Notes under the pieces: model-generated
Seen by the model: the letters and a program-made list of their open reading frames with translations, nothing else
The model's database searches: none
Told to the model about the DNA's origin: nothing
Sequence record: KT919973.1
Length of the DNA stretch: 64,000 nt
Reading direction: 5' to 3' (one strand)
Part shown: piece by piece, positions 1 through 9,006 of the stretch
Position numbering within the stretch: position 1 is the stretch's first letter
Layout of the letters: each line of letters opens with the position of its first letter
Position numbers and translations under genes: made by a program

Positions 1-5
1 TTGAA

Positions 6-644
6 ATGATTTCAGCTCGTGGTAGACTTCAAATCGAACGTGCGCGTATTGAACTTGAAAAAGACGATACGAAAACAGAAGATGAGAAGAAAGAAATCAT
101 TGATAGTTTAATCGAACTGCAAGTTGACATGGTTAAATTTGATACGCAGTTCGAACGCTCAGAATGGTTGACTGAAACTCACCCGATTGTTGACATGAAA
201 GAAAACGATTTCGGTCAAAAGATTGCTGAAGCATATATCGGTGGTAAATGGACGTCTCGCTTCTTCTTGGCGAATAACCTTGAATTTATGCCTGCTATGA
301 CTTCTGGTCAATGTCACGACATGTGCGCGGACGCTGAACGTCTTCGTAAAATGGCAGACATCATCGAAGATCTACAACCAGATTGGTATTTTGAAGAATC
401 AGTTCAACTCAAAGTCGAGCGTACAACTCGTCTGACTCTACGCCGCGAAGACCTGCACGAGAAGTTCAGCGAATGGTATGACGAAGATGACCAAGAATAT
501 CAAGATTATCTTGCTGCCGTTGAATACATGAATGAACAAAGCAGCTTCACAGTCGGTGATAAGAACTGTAAAATGGCTCAATTCATCGAAGAATACGATG
601 TGCTACGTGATGTAGACGACGGTCAAGTAATTAATTTCAACTAA
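6..644 (+). CDS. hypothetical protein (may begin before the window)
   Basis: 212-aa acidic ORF, phage-like codon style, no recognisable motif. Confidence 0.75.
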   Translation: MISARGRLQIERARIELEKDDTKTEDEKKEIIDSLIELQVDMVKFDTQFERSEWLTETHPIVDMKENDFGQKIAEAYIGGKWTSRFFLANNLEFMPAMTSGQCHDMCADAERLRKMADIIEDLQPDWYFEESVQLKVERTTRLTLRREDLHEKFSEWYDEDDQEYQDYLAAVEYMNEQSSFTVGDKNCKMAQFIEEYDVLRDVDDGQVINFN

Positions 645-648
645 ATAG

Positions 649-677
649 TTGACAACAACGTTGAGTGGCTGTAATAT
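649..677 (+). promoter_or_regulatory. sigma70-type early promoter
   Basis: TTGACA-17bp-TAATAT upstream of RBS GAGAGA and ATG 709. Confidence 0.8.
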
Positions 678-708
678 GTCACTCAACAACTAACGAGAGA
701 ACAATATC

Positions 709-969
709 ATGAAAGATGAAGTAACTCTTCACATTAAAAATCATTGGCTACATCGACGCGCATATGTAGTGCTTCACCAAAAGCCAATGAAATTCAGAAA
801 GAAAGCATTAGCAGAGTGGGAAGAAAAACGCAGTGAATTCTGGTACGTTGTTCAGCGTCTTAACCCTGAATTTTTTGCTCAGTGTCCCGAAGGTATGCAA
901 CCGTACTTGACTTGCGTGCCACGAGGAACTAATGGCCCACAATACTTCTACATCAAATTTGACAAATAA
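709..969 (+). CDS. hypothetical early protein
   Basis: 86-aa ORF with RBS, downstream of promoter. Confidence 0.8.
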   Translation: MKDEVTLHIKNHWLHRRAYVVLHQKPMKFRKKALAEWEEKRSEFWYVVQRLNPEFFAQCPEGMQPYLTCVPRGTNGPQYFYIKFDK

Positions 970-980
970 GAGAGAACATC

Positions 981-1700
981 ATGAAAAAATTAATCGCAAT
1001 CGTAGCACTAGCAGCATCAGTAGCAATGACTGGTTGTACTGACACGATTGACACTGCATCAACAGATCGTTTAGACGCGGCAAAACCCGTGCTATCTCAA
1101 ACTGAAAAAGACATGCTGAACGTGTTTGCTGCGCCGAGTTTTCTAAGTCGTTATGATAACGTGTACGTTGAAATCGTTAAGAATCGAGTACATTTCGGTC
1201 AAGATCCAACGCCTCGTTCAGATGCTGAAGTACCGTTCTGTGATGTCATTGACTCTGTAATTGCAGCAGAGCGTGAGCATGGTATGCTCGAACGAGACTA
1301 CACGTTGAGCAATCAATGGAAACTGAAGTACGGCATCCCGTTGGTTGAGCAATGTAATAAATCTGACCGCGCTCGAATTGCAATGCAAATCAAACTTGCG
1401 AAAGAAGAAGCCGAAGAAATCAAAGATCGCGTCGTAATCGAAGAACAAGAATTCAGCAAGAAAGAAATCAAAGCTGAAAAAGTAATTGAAGAGTCTGTAG
1501 TGATTAATGACGATGTGCTTCTATCACCTGAGCTTGTTCGTGACCTACGTGGTTCAGTTAAAGACTGTAATCGAGCTAAGGTGAAACTAATGAGCGTAGT
1601 CGATGCTGGTGAACCACTAACAACCAAGCACTATGATGAAGTCAAAGGTCTAGTTCTACAGTGTGAAATGCTCAAGTTAGAAGTTGAAATCAACAAATAA
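981..1700 (+). CDS. putative lipoprotein
   Basis: N-terminal signal peptide with lipobox-like MTGC. Confidence 0.75.
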   Translation: MKKLIAIVALAASVAMTGCTDTIDTASTDRLDAAKPVLSQTEKDMLNVFAAPSFLSRYDNVYVEIVKNRVHFGQDPTPRSDAEVPFCDVIDSVIAAEREHGMLERDYTLSNQWKLKYGIPLVEQCNKSDRARIAMQIKLAKEEAEEIKDRVVIEEQEFSKKEIKAEKVIEESVVINDDVLLSPELVRDLRGSVKDCNRAKVKLMSVVDAGEPLTTKHYDEVKGLVLQCEMLKLEVEINK

Positions 1701-1716
1701 TGTGACTTGAATCACA
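1701..1716. promoter_or_regulatory. perfect CRP-type core site TGTGA-N6-TCACA
   Basis: TGTGA CTTGAA TCACA with A/T-rich flanks; centre about -81.5 from the inferred start of the 1755-1783 promoter. Confidence 0.4.
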
Positions 1717-1743
1717 AAAAGCCCCTTAATTGGGGCTTTTTTT
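1716..1743 (+). terminator. intrinsic terminator
   Basis: AAAAA GCCCC TTAATT GGGGC TTTTTTT. Confidence 0.9.
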
Positions 1744-1754
1744 CGTTTTAGTGG

Positions 1755-1783
1755 TTGCATGACAATCAATAAAACCCTATTAT
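1755..1783 (+). promoter_or_regulatory. sigma70-type promoter
   Basis: TTGCAT-17bp-TATTAT. Confidence 0.65.
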
Positions 1784-1829
1784 TACTACATCGAAACGAG
1801 ATTACATTTTAATAATTGGAGATTATATT

Positions 1830-2336
1830 ATGTTTTACAAATTTACTAACGAAAAGAAAGTAGTCACTAAAACTCGCCCACTACGTGTAAATGATAAAGT
1901 TTCAATCGTTTTTGAATCAGGTCGTGTAGACGAAAATATGATTAAAGTTCATAGTGACTCAACTTTAAATTCAGCCACGTTTGTCTCGACAGATACAGGT
2001 CATGCATTGTCTGTAGTTGACGGTCTTACTACTACAGGAGCAGAAGTCTCACATTATCTAACTGAGTGGGGTGGTCGTGAGTGCATTGTTGATAAAAACA
2101 CGCTTACGTTCGAATACGAAACTACTAAAAACACGCGAGTTAAAGTTCCCTTTCAATCAGGTGAATTTATCAAAGCATGGGTTAATGATGAATACGTTGA
2201 TATGCAAGTTCTATATGCATCAGATAAAAAGTTGGTAATCATTGATTTTGAATCTGAAGATGAAGATGTATATGAAATCGAACCAGACCATATGCCAAGC
2301 GGTTTTGAATTTGAATTTGAAGTAACGTATGAATAA
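1830..2336 (+). CDS. hypothetical protein
   Basis: 168-aa ORF with GGAG RBS. Confidence 0.8.
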   Translation: MFYKFTNEKKVVTKTRPLRVNDKVSIVFESGRVDENMIKVHSDSTLNSATFVSTDTGHALSVVDGLTTTGAEVSHYLTEWGGRECIVDKNTLTFEYETTKNTRVKVPFQSGEFIKAWVNDEYVDMQVLYASDKKLVIIDFESEDEDVYEIEPDHMPSGFEFEFEVTYE

Positions 2337-2362
2337 AAAAGGGAGCGATTAGCTCCCTTTTT
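2335..2362. terminator. bidirectional terminator
   Basis: A6 GGGAGC GATTA GCTCCC T5 between convergent ORFs. Confidence 0.85.
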
Positions 2363-2579
2363 CGTTCGTTTGCATTAAAGCATTCAGTGATTTTAATGAT
2401 TTGATTTCAGGTGCTTGAGGTCGTAAGTCTTCAAGAATATGAATAACTGACTCAAGTGGTAATTCGTGTTCGACTATTTCACGCGGTAGTACGTGCTTAT
2501 ACACGCAATCATCACCCCAATCAATGACAACAACCTGTTCCCATTTATCAATTGCGAGAATATTGAAATTTGCTTTCAT
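2349..2579 (-). CDS. hypothetical protein
   Basis: 76-aa ORF filling the intergenic gap and ending at the bidirectional terminator; weak RBS. Confidence 0.55.
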   Translation of the reverse strand: MKANFNILAIDKWEQVVVIDWGDDCVYKHVLPREIVEHELPLESVIHILEDLRPQAPEIKSLKSLNALMQTNEKGS

Positions 2580-2585
2580 AAAATG

Positions 2586-2614
2586 TTGACTCTCATTGTG
2601 TTATTGTGTAAAAT
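2586..2614 (+). promoter_or_regulatory. sigma70-type promoter
   Basis: TTGACT-17bp-TAAAAT. Confidence 0.7.
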
Positions 2615-2647
2615 GTATTTTATCGCAAGTAAGAAAGGTATTAAACA

Positions 2648-2851
2648 ATGCGTCTACTTTCACAAGACTTAGTGCGCTTGCGTGTTGAAGAACTTCCCTT
2701 TGTTAAATTAAGTGTTGAACAGCAGATTAAAATATGCGATTATCTCAACACGCTCGATGACGAGACTATCTATGCTTTAGAGAAGCACACTGAAACATCA
2801 GCAGGTGCTCGTAAACTATTAAAATTTCTTTTAAAGAAAATTGGAGATTAA
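2648..2851 (+). CDS. hypothetical protein
   Basis: 67-aa ORF with AAGG RBS. Confidence 0.75.
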   Translation: MRLLSQDLVRLRVEELPFVKLSVEQQIKICDYLNTLDDETIYALEKHTETSAGARKLLKFLLKKIGD

Positions 2852-2854
2852 ATT

Positions 2855-3331
2855 ATGCCATATGAATCAGTTTTTAACGGTACGAATCGTTACAAAGTTC
2901 TACGTGAAGGTCGTGAATACATCAACAAAGTTGCTCATCGACATGGTGCAGTAGACAAAGGTATTTACGTCACGATGGACTATCATGTGATTGATCGAAT
3001 CATGGATCACTCTTTCCCTGCACGTGTGTTTGAAATTATCGTAGGTCGATTGATTAAAAATCACCAAGATGAAATCTTAAAAATTGCTAACATGCCTGCA
3101 AGCGAAAGACCGAAGCATATCAACGTATACGGTAATAAGCCTGATTCACCGTACATGGTTGGCATTACAATCAATAAAGCTCAGACAGGTAAAGTTTATG
3201 TAAACTTGAGAACGTGTTATAAAGAACGTAACAGCAAATACCGTCAACGAATCATCGAAGCATACAAGATTCGAGTGAAATCATCTGAAGATCTTGAACA
3301 AGCTGAAAGTGAGGTTGATTCAGATCAATAA
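2855..3331 (+). CDS. hypothetical protein
   Basis: 158-aa ORF with GGAG RBS. Confidence 0.8.
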   Translation: MPYESVFNGTNRYKVLREGREYINKVAHRHGAVDKGIYVTMDYHVIDRIMDHSFPARVFEIIVGRLIKNHQDEILKIANMPASERPKHINVYGNKPDSPYMVGITINKAQTGKVYVNLRTCYKERNSKYRQRIIEAYKIRVKSSEDLEQAESEVDSDQ

Positions 3332-3360
3332 ATAGAAAACAATTAACAAACGAGGGAATT

Positions 3361-5589
3361 TTGATGCTTGTAGTGAAGTCTTCTGGCATTACAGAAGAAT
3401 TTGAAGAAAGTAAATTGATGCGTGTTTTATCAGATGCATGTGAAAACACCAAAATAAATCCACATCAATTACTTGACCGCGTTATAGCTCAACTTAGCGA
3501 CGGTATGACGAGCAAAGACATTCAAAAGGCAGCGATTAAGATCGCTGCCGATAGCATTTCAGTAGACGAGCCAGACTATCAATATGTCGCGGCTCGTCTT
3601 GCTATGTATGGTCTTCGCAAAGATGTATATGGTCAGTTCGACCCTATCCCATTCAAACAATTAATCGAACGAAACACTGCGATTGAAGTTTACGACTCTG
3701 AGATTCTTCAGAAATGGTCAGATGATGAACTTGAATATCTAGAATCGCAAGTGAAACATGAGCGCGACTTTGAATTTGCATACGCTGGCGTAATGCAGTT
3801 GAAAGAAAAGTACCTATGTAAAAACCGCGGTACTGGCGCAATCTATGAAACACCTCAGTATGCTTACATGCTCATTGCAATGTGTCTTCATCAAGAAGAG
3901 AAATATGACCGCATTAAGCACGTTGTTGACTTCTACAATGCAGTTTCGACTCACAAACTTTCATTACCGACACCGATTATGGCAGGCGTTCGTACCCCGA
4001 CACGCCAGTTTAGTTCGTGTGTTAAGATTGAATCAGGCGACTCTTTGCATTCAATCAATGAAGTGGCTAAATCAATTGTAAGTTACATTAGTAAGCGTGC
4101 AGGTATCGGTGTTAACGGCGGTGCGATTCGTGCTGAAGGGGCAGTCGTTCGTTCAGGTGAGATTCGTCACACTGGTGTGATTCCATTCTGGAAACACTTT
4201 CAAACTGCGGTTAAATCGTGTTCTCAAGGTGGTGTACGTGGTGGTGCTGCGACTCTAACTTACCCGATTTGGCACTTAGAAGTTGAAAAACTGTTAGTTC
4301 TGAAAAACAACAAAGGTGTTGAAGAAAACCGTATTCGTCATCTTGACTACAGTGTATCAATCAGTCGATTGATGCTTGAGCGTCTTGTGAATAACGATTA
4401 CATCACGCTATTCAGTCCTGACGAACGTCATGGTGCTCTATATGGTGAATATCACACAAACCCAGAGCAATTCGAAAAACTTTACCTAGAACTTGAAGCT
4501 GACCCGAATGTGCGTAAAAAGCGCATCAAAGCAACTGAGCTATTCAGTATGTTTGGTCAAGAGCGTAACGGCACTGGTCGTATCTACCCGATCTTTGTTG
4601 ATAACTTGAATGCTCAATCACCGTACATCGAAGCAATCAAGCAATCAAACTTGTGTATGGAAATCGCTCTTCCTACGTACCCGTTAGGTTCAGCAGATGA
4701 AGAGATTGCACTGTGTACGCTTGCTGCATACAACTTAGGTGCTATCGAATCACCTAGTGAGTTTGCTCATCTTGCACCGATCATCATTCGTGCGCTTGAT
4801 AATCTACTAGATTACCAAGATTACCCTGTGAAAGCAGCGGAAAAGGCGAAATATCGTCGTGCTCTAGGTGTTGGTATAACTAACTTTGCTTATTTCTTAG
4901 CGAAGAACTTTGTTGGTTACGATGATTCTGCTAAGTATCTCGTGCATGAGTGGATGGAAGCAATGTCTTACTACAACATTCAAGCATCGATGATGTTAGC
5001 GAAAGAACGAGGGCCAAACAAGTGGCATCGTAAGACTCGTTGGGCTCAAGGTAAATTACCGATTGACTGGTACAATAAAAATGTTGATAAGCTTGTCAAG
5101 CCGAATTATAATTTAGATTGGGAAGCACTTCGCGCTGACGTAATTCGTTACGGTATGCGAAATGACACCACTTCAGCTTTCATGCCTTGTGAAAGTAGTT
5201 CTCAGATTAGCAACAGCACAAACGGGATTGAACCGCCGCGTGCTCTAGTCTCGACTAAGCAATCAAAAGACGGTGTATTCAACCAAGTTGTACCTGAAGT
5301 TGATTTACTGAAAGATGAATACGGTCTAGCATGGAAAGCATGTGGTAAAGACAACTTCGGTTATTTGACTCTTGTAGCAATCATGCAGAAGTTCGTAGAC
5401 CAGAGTATTTCAGCGAATGAATACTACGACCCGTCCCAAGTTGCTAACGGTAAGATCGCAATGGAACGAATCTTCGAAGAGCTTGCGTTCTGTAGCCACT
5501 ACGGTATCAAAACGCTTTATTATTCTAACACTCGCGACGGTGCTGACGGCAACGAAGGCGATGAAGACTGTGATGGTTGTAAAGTTTAA
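3361..5589 (+). CDS. nrdA: class Ia ribonucleotide reductase alpha subunit
   Basis: N-terminal ATP cone, TPIMAGVRTPTRQFSSC, SNLCMEI, C-terminal CDGC. Confidence 0.98.
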   Translation: MMLVVKSSGITEEFEESKLMRVLSDACENTKINPHQLLDRVIAQLSDGMTSKDIQKAAIKIAADSISVDEPDYQYVAARLAMYGLRKDVYGQFDPIPFKQLIERNTAIEVYDSEILQKWSDDELEYLESQVKHERDFEFAYAGVMQLKEKYLCKNRGTGAIYETPQYAYMLIAMCLHQEEKYDRIKHVVDFYNAVSTHKLSLPTPIMAGVRTPTRQFSSCVKIESGDSLHSINEVAKSIVSYISKRAGIGVNGGAIRAEGAVVRSGEIRHTGVIPFWKHFQTAVKSCSQGGVRGGAATLTYPIWHLEVEKLLVLKNNKGVEENRIRHLDYSVSISRLMLERLVNNDYITLFSPDERHGALYGEYHTNPEQFEKLYLELEADPNVRKKRIKATELFSMFGQERNGTGRIYPIFVDNLNAQSPYIEAIKQSNLCMEIALPTYPLGSADEEIALCTLAAYNLGAIESPSEFAHLAPIIIRALDNLLDYQDYPVKAAEKAKYRRALGVGITNFAYFLAKNFVGYDDSAKYLVHEWMEAMSYYNIQASMMLAKERGPNKWHRKTRWAQGKLPIDWYNKNVDKLVKPNYNLDWEALRADVIRYGMRNDTTSAFMPCESSSQISNSTNGIEPPRALVSTKQSKDGVFNQVVPEVDLLKDEYGLAWKACGKDNFGYLTLVAIMQKFVDQSISANEYYDPSQVANGKIAMERIFEELAFCSHYGIKTLYYSNTRDGADGNEGDEDCDGCKV

Positions 5590-5598
5590 AGGTAGATA

Positions 5599-6723
5599 AT
5601 GTCTAAAACGATTTTTAATAAAAACCAGGTTGCTCATCTTGAGCAACCTCTTTTCTTGGGCGATGACCCGAATATTTCTCGTTTCGAAACTGTAAAACAT
5701 GCAGTATTCGATCAACTCACTGAAAAACAACTTAGTTTCTTTTGGCGACCAGAAGAAGTTGACTTGACTCGTGATTCACAAGATTTTGACCGTATGCCTG
5801 AGCATTGGAAGTTTGTCTTCACTCAAAATCTAAAATATCAATCTCTGCTTGACTCAGTTCAAGGTCGCGCACCTAATATCGCATTCTTGCCTATCTGTAG
5901 CGACAATGCTTTTGAAAACTGGGTAACGACATGGGATTTCAGTGAAACGATTCATAGTCGCTCTTACACGCATATTATGCGTAACTTGTATGCAAACCCA
6001 AGCGCGGTGTTTGACGAGATTGTTCTCGACGAATCTATCATGGCTCGTGCTAGTGCAGTTACAGAGCATTATGATAAACTCATCGCTGAAACACAGAAAT
6101 TGCAACAGCTCAAAGCAATGAATTGTACTTCGTACATCTTGAGTATTCAAGAAACCGCAGTAAAAGAAGCACTATATCTGTGTATGCACGCAGTAAACGC
6201 ACTTGAAGCAATTCGTTTCTATGTATCATTCGCATGTACTTTCAACTTTGCAGAGCAAGGTATCATGGAAGGCAACGCGAAAGTGATGAAACTCATTGCT
6301 CGTGATGAACAACTTCACTTGAAAGGTACACAAGCATTACTCAACATCTGGCATGCAGGTAAAGATGACCCTGAAATGCTTGAGATTGCTCGTCGTCTTC
6401 AACCTGAAGCTGAAAAAATCTTCATGCAAGTTGTTGAGCAAGAGAAAGAATGGGCACATTCTTTGTTCTCTAAAGGCACAGTTCCTGGTCTGAATGCTCA
6501 GATTCTATGTGAATACGTTGAATATCTTGCTGATAGTCGTATGCGTTCAGTTGGTTTAAACAGCCCATACCCTCGCCGTAAGCACCCATTACCGTGGATT
6601 CGCAAATGGCTAAATAGTGATTCAGTACAAGTAGCAGCACAAGAAGCTGAACTGAGTTCGTATCTTGTTGGTCAGATTGATTCAACTGTACGCGCTGAAT
6701 TCCTGAAAACGTTAGAGGTGTAA
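5599..6723 (+). CDS. nrdB: class Ia ribonucleotide reductase beta subunit
   Basis: FFWRPEEVDL, ETIHSRSY, NALEAIRFYVSF, RDEQLH di-iron ligands. Confidence 0.98.
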   Translation: MSKTIFNKNQVAHLEQPLFLGDDPNISRFETVKHAVFDQLTEKQLSFFWRPEEVDLTRDSQDFDRMPEHWKFVFTQNLKYQSLLDSVQGRAPNIAFLPICSDNAFENWVTTWDFSETIHSRSYTHIMRNLYANPSAVFDEIVLDESIMARASAVTEHYDKLIAETQKLQQLKAMNCTSYILSIQETAVKEALYLCMHAVNALEAIRFYVSFACTFNFAEQGIMEGNAKVMKLIARDEQLHLKGTQALLNIWHAGKDDPEMLEIARRLQPEAEKIFMQVVEQEKEWAHSLFSKGTVPGLNAQILCEYVEYLADSRMRSVGLNSPYPRRKHPLPWIRKWLNSDSVQVAAQEAELSSYLVGQIDSTVRAEFLKTLEV

Positions 6724-6724
6724 A

Positions 6725-7024
6725 TTGTTAGAAATATTTGGTTGGGACGAAAGCGATTTTCGCTGCGTTCCTTGCTTGAAAGCAAAACGACTAGCTGAAA
6801 CACGTGGTTTGATTTTCGATTTCATTCCGCTTGCAAAAGAAAAGGTTACAGACGCACATAAACATAACCGTGAAGAACTTGAAAGACGAATGCACGAACT
6901 TGGTCAAGAGTTAAAGACTCTACCTCAAGTGTTCTTTGATGGTGTTCATGTTGGTGGGTTTGATGACTTCAAGGCAAAAATTCATGCACTTGAAGAAGCG
7001 CGATGGGAAGCGCGTGCAAAATAA
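6725..7024 (+). CDS. nrdC: glutaredoxin (T4 NrdC-like)
   Basis: CVPC active site, TLPQVFFDGVHVGGFDD, follows nrdB. Confidence 0.9.
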   Translation: MLEIFGWDESDFRCVPCLKAKRLAETRGLIFDFIPLAKEKVTDAHKHNREELERRMHELGQELKTLPQVFFDGVHVGGFDDFKAKIHALEEARWEARAK

Positions 7025-7025
7025 T

Positions 7026-7067
7026 TAAAAAAAAGGGTTGACAGGTGTCAGCCCTTTTTTGTATCAT
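7026..7067 (+). promoter_or_regulatory. terminator hairpin with an embedded sigma70 promoter
   Basis: A-tract GGGTTGACA GG TGTCAGCCC T-tract; TTGACA (7038-7043) in the stem, TATCAT at 7062-7067. Confidence 0.65.
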
Positions 7068-7097
7068 TCGTGTGCTAAATCGACAAAGAGATCAAAT

Positions 7098-7670
7098 ATG
7101 AAGAAGTTATTTACGCTGCTTTTAGCAGTGTGTGCATTTAATGCAACTGCAAGCAATCAGTGTCACGTGAAATTTAAAGGTCAAGAACTGTCTGAAAAGC
7201 AATGGCATAATGTACGTGCAGTGTTTGTGAACGGTTGGTTTAATGATTTGAGCTGGTCTCTAGCAGCAATCGCAATTGTCGAATCAAGTGCGGGTGAGCA
7301 GATGATAAACCATAGAACGAAAGACTATGGTTTGATGCAAAACAACATCAAAACAGCAACAACGCGCTTGAAGCGATGGGAGAAAGCAGGTCGAGATTTC
7401 GGTCCGTATGACCTCAATAACCCTGAAGACGTGAAAACAATCTTGCTTACTGATCGTACCGTATCAGTGCAGCTTGCAATAGAAGAACTTGAATATTGGA
7501 AAAAGATTCGAGGTCATCACAATTGGCGTGAAGTGTATGCAAGCTACAACGGTGGTTTCTACAAAGGTAAACGTTGGGAACCTCGTGCTGAGAAGTATGC
7601 AAGTAAGATAATCAACACAATGCGCAAGTTAAAAGCTTGCAAACCACAATTAATGAGAGGTCTATACTAA
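7098..7670 (+). CDS. secreted SLT-type lytic transglycosylase (T4 Vs.1-like)
   Basis: signal peptide from ATG 7098; IVESS, YGLMQ, ASYNGG motifs; the ORF-track start at 7038 lies inside the promoter. Confidence 0.85.
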   Translation: MKKLFTLLLAVCAFNATASNQCHVKFKGQELSEKQWHNVRAVFVNGWFNDLSWSLAAIAIVESSAGEQMINHRTKDYGLMQNNIKTATTRLKRWEKAGRDFGPYDLNNPEDVKTILLTDRTVSVQLAIEELEYWKKIRGHHNWREVYASYNGGFYKGKRWEPRAEKYASKIINTMRKLKACKPQLMRGLY

Positions 7671-7855
7671 TGAACATGATTATATTTCTGGCAGCAGTTC
7701 TATTTTTTGTACTGCAAAACCCATGGCTGAAGAAAATCTTTTGTATGTTTGGTTGGCATACGTGGGAATACAAGAAAGGTAGCAAGCGAGTGTGTACACA
7801 TTGCAACAAGCGCCAAAGTTTAATTCGCGTCGGTAATGACACTGATTGGAAATAA
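7670..7855 (+). CDS. small membrane protein with C/H zinc-ribbon-like motif
   Basis: ATG overlaps the previous stop; TM helix then CxxGWH...CxxC. Confidence 0.7.
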   Translation: MNMIIFLAAVLFFVLQNPWLKKIFCMFGWHTWEYKKGSKRVCTHCNKRQSLIRVGNDTDWK

Positions 7856-7879
7856 ATTTAAAAAAAATGCAAAAAGTGG

Positions 7880-7907
7880 TTGCGTTGGTCTCAAAAATCA
7901 TTAATAT
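7880..7907 (+). promoter_or_regulatory. sigma70-type early promoter
   Basis: TTGCGT-16bp-TAATAT with upstream A-tracts; leader CAACTAAC..GAGAGAACA is shared with the 649 promoter. Confidence 0.6.
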
Positions 7908-7956
7908 AGACGGTGTTGAAGAGAACAACGCAACTAACTAAAAGAGAGAACATTAT

Positions 7957-8961
7957 ATGCAAGCTATCATCACAAACGGTCTTTTTCGTAAAACTGAAAT
8001 CAACGGCACTTACACTCTTATCGAACGAGTTTGGAATAGTTCAGATGCCGGTGAGAAAAACGGTCGTATGAAGATTATGCTTGATGGTGCAGTACGTACT
8101 ATTCGCGTAAACAAAGAAGACGTACAGTACGTAGACGAAGCTGACGCATCACAAACAGCAGTACCTGCACTTGCACCAGTCGTTGAAGCTGAAACTGAAG
8201 AACAAATTGCAGAGCGTATCACTGAAGCGTTCGAAGCGATGGACATCTTTACTGTCGGTGCAATCGCTGGTCACGTTAAATCGCTACTTATCTCAGGTGC
8301 AGCGGGTGTGGGTAAGACGTTCACGCTTGAACGCGAGTTAAATCAAGCTCAAGAACGCGGTGATATCACATTCAAGAAAGTTGCAGGTACATGTTCTGGT
8401 ATCGGTCTGTTCACAAAACTATGGGAATGCCGTCACCCTGATTCAGTTCTTCTTCTAGATGACGTAGACGTTTTCAAAGATGAAGATCAAATGAACGTTC
8501 TAAAAGCAGCACTAGACACTGGTGAAGAGCGTTGGGTTTCATGGGCGAAAGCAAGTTCTTACTTAGAAGAGCAAGGCATCGAACAAGAATTCTTGTTTGA
8601 AGGTACAGTAATCTTTATCTCAAACAAAGACTTTGACCGTGAACTTGAAGCGAATACTAAACTTTCACCGCACTTCAGCGCACTGATTTCACGTAGCATC
8701 TACCTTGACTTAGGTGTACATACAAAAGAAGAAATCATGGTTCGCATCAAGCAAGTTGTAGCAGCAACTACAATGCTAGAAGATCTAGGTCTAAACGCAG
8801 CACAAATCGCTGACATGATAGCTTGGATTGAGAAACACATGCTTGAACTACGTGCTCTATCGCTTCGTACATGTTTACACATTGCTGATATGATGCTAAC
8901 ATCACCGACTAAATGGGAAATGCTTGCTAAGATGACTATGCTATCTAAGAAGCGTAAATAA
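7957..8961 (+). CDS. AAA+ ATPase
   Basis: Walker A GAAGVGKT, Walker B LLLDDVD. Confidence 0.85.
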   Translation: MQAIITNGLFRKTEINGTYTLIERVWNSSDAGEKNGRMKIMLDGAVRTIRVNKEDVQYVDEADASQTAVPALAPVVEAETEEQIAERITEAFEAMDIFTVGAIAGHVKSLLISGAAGVGKTFTLERELNQAQERGDITFKKVAGTCSGIGLFTKLWECRHPDSVLLLDDVDVFKDEDQMNVLKAALDTGEERWVSWAKASSYLEEQGIEQEFLFEGTVIFISNKDFDRELEANTKLSPHFSALISRSIYLDLGVHTKEEIMVRIKQVVAATTMLEDLGLNAAQIADMIAWIEKHMLELRALSLRTCLHIADMMLTSPTKWEMLAKMTMLSKKRK

Positions 8962-8970
8962 ACTCTTTGA

Positions 8971-8992
8971 GGGGCTGTAAAGCCCCGTTTTT
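8971..8992 (+). terminator. intrinsic terminator
   Basis: GGGGCT GTAA AGCCCC GTTTTT. Confidence 0.8.
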
Positions 8993-9006
8993 CATACGAG
9001 GGAAAA

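Noticed and set aside
3361-6723. Intein, intron or homing endonuclease in nrdA/nrdB
   Set aside because: Both are uninterrupted and of normal length; no LAGLIDADG/HNH/GIY-YIG motifs seen.
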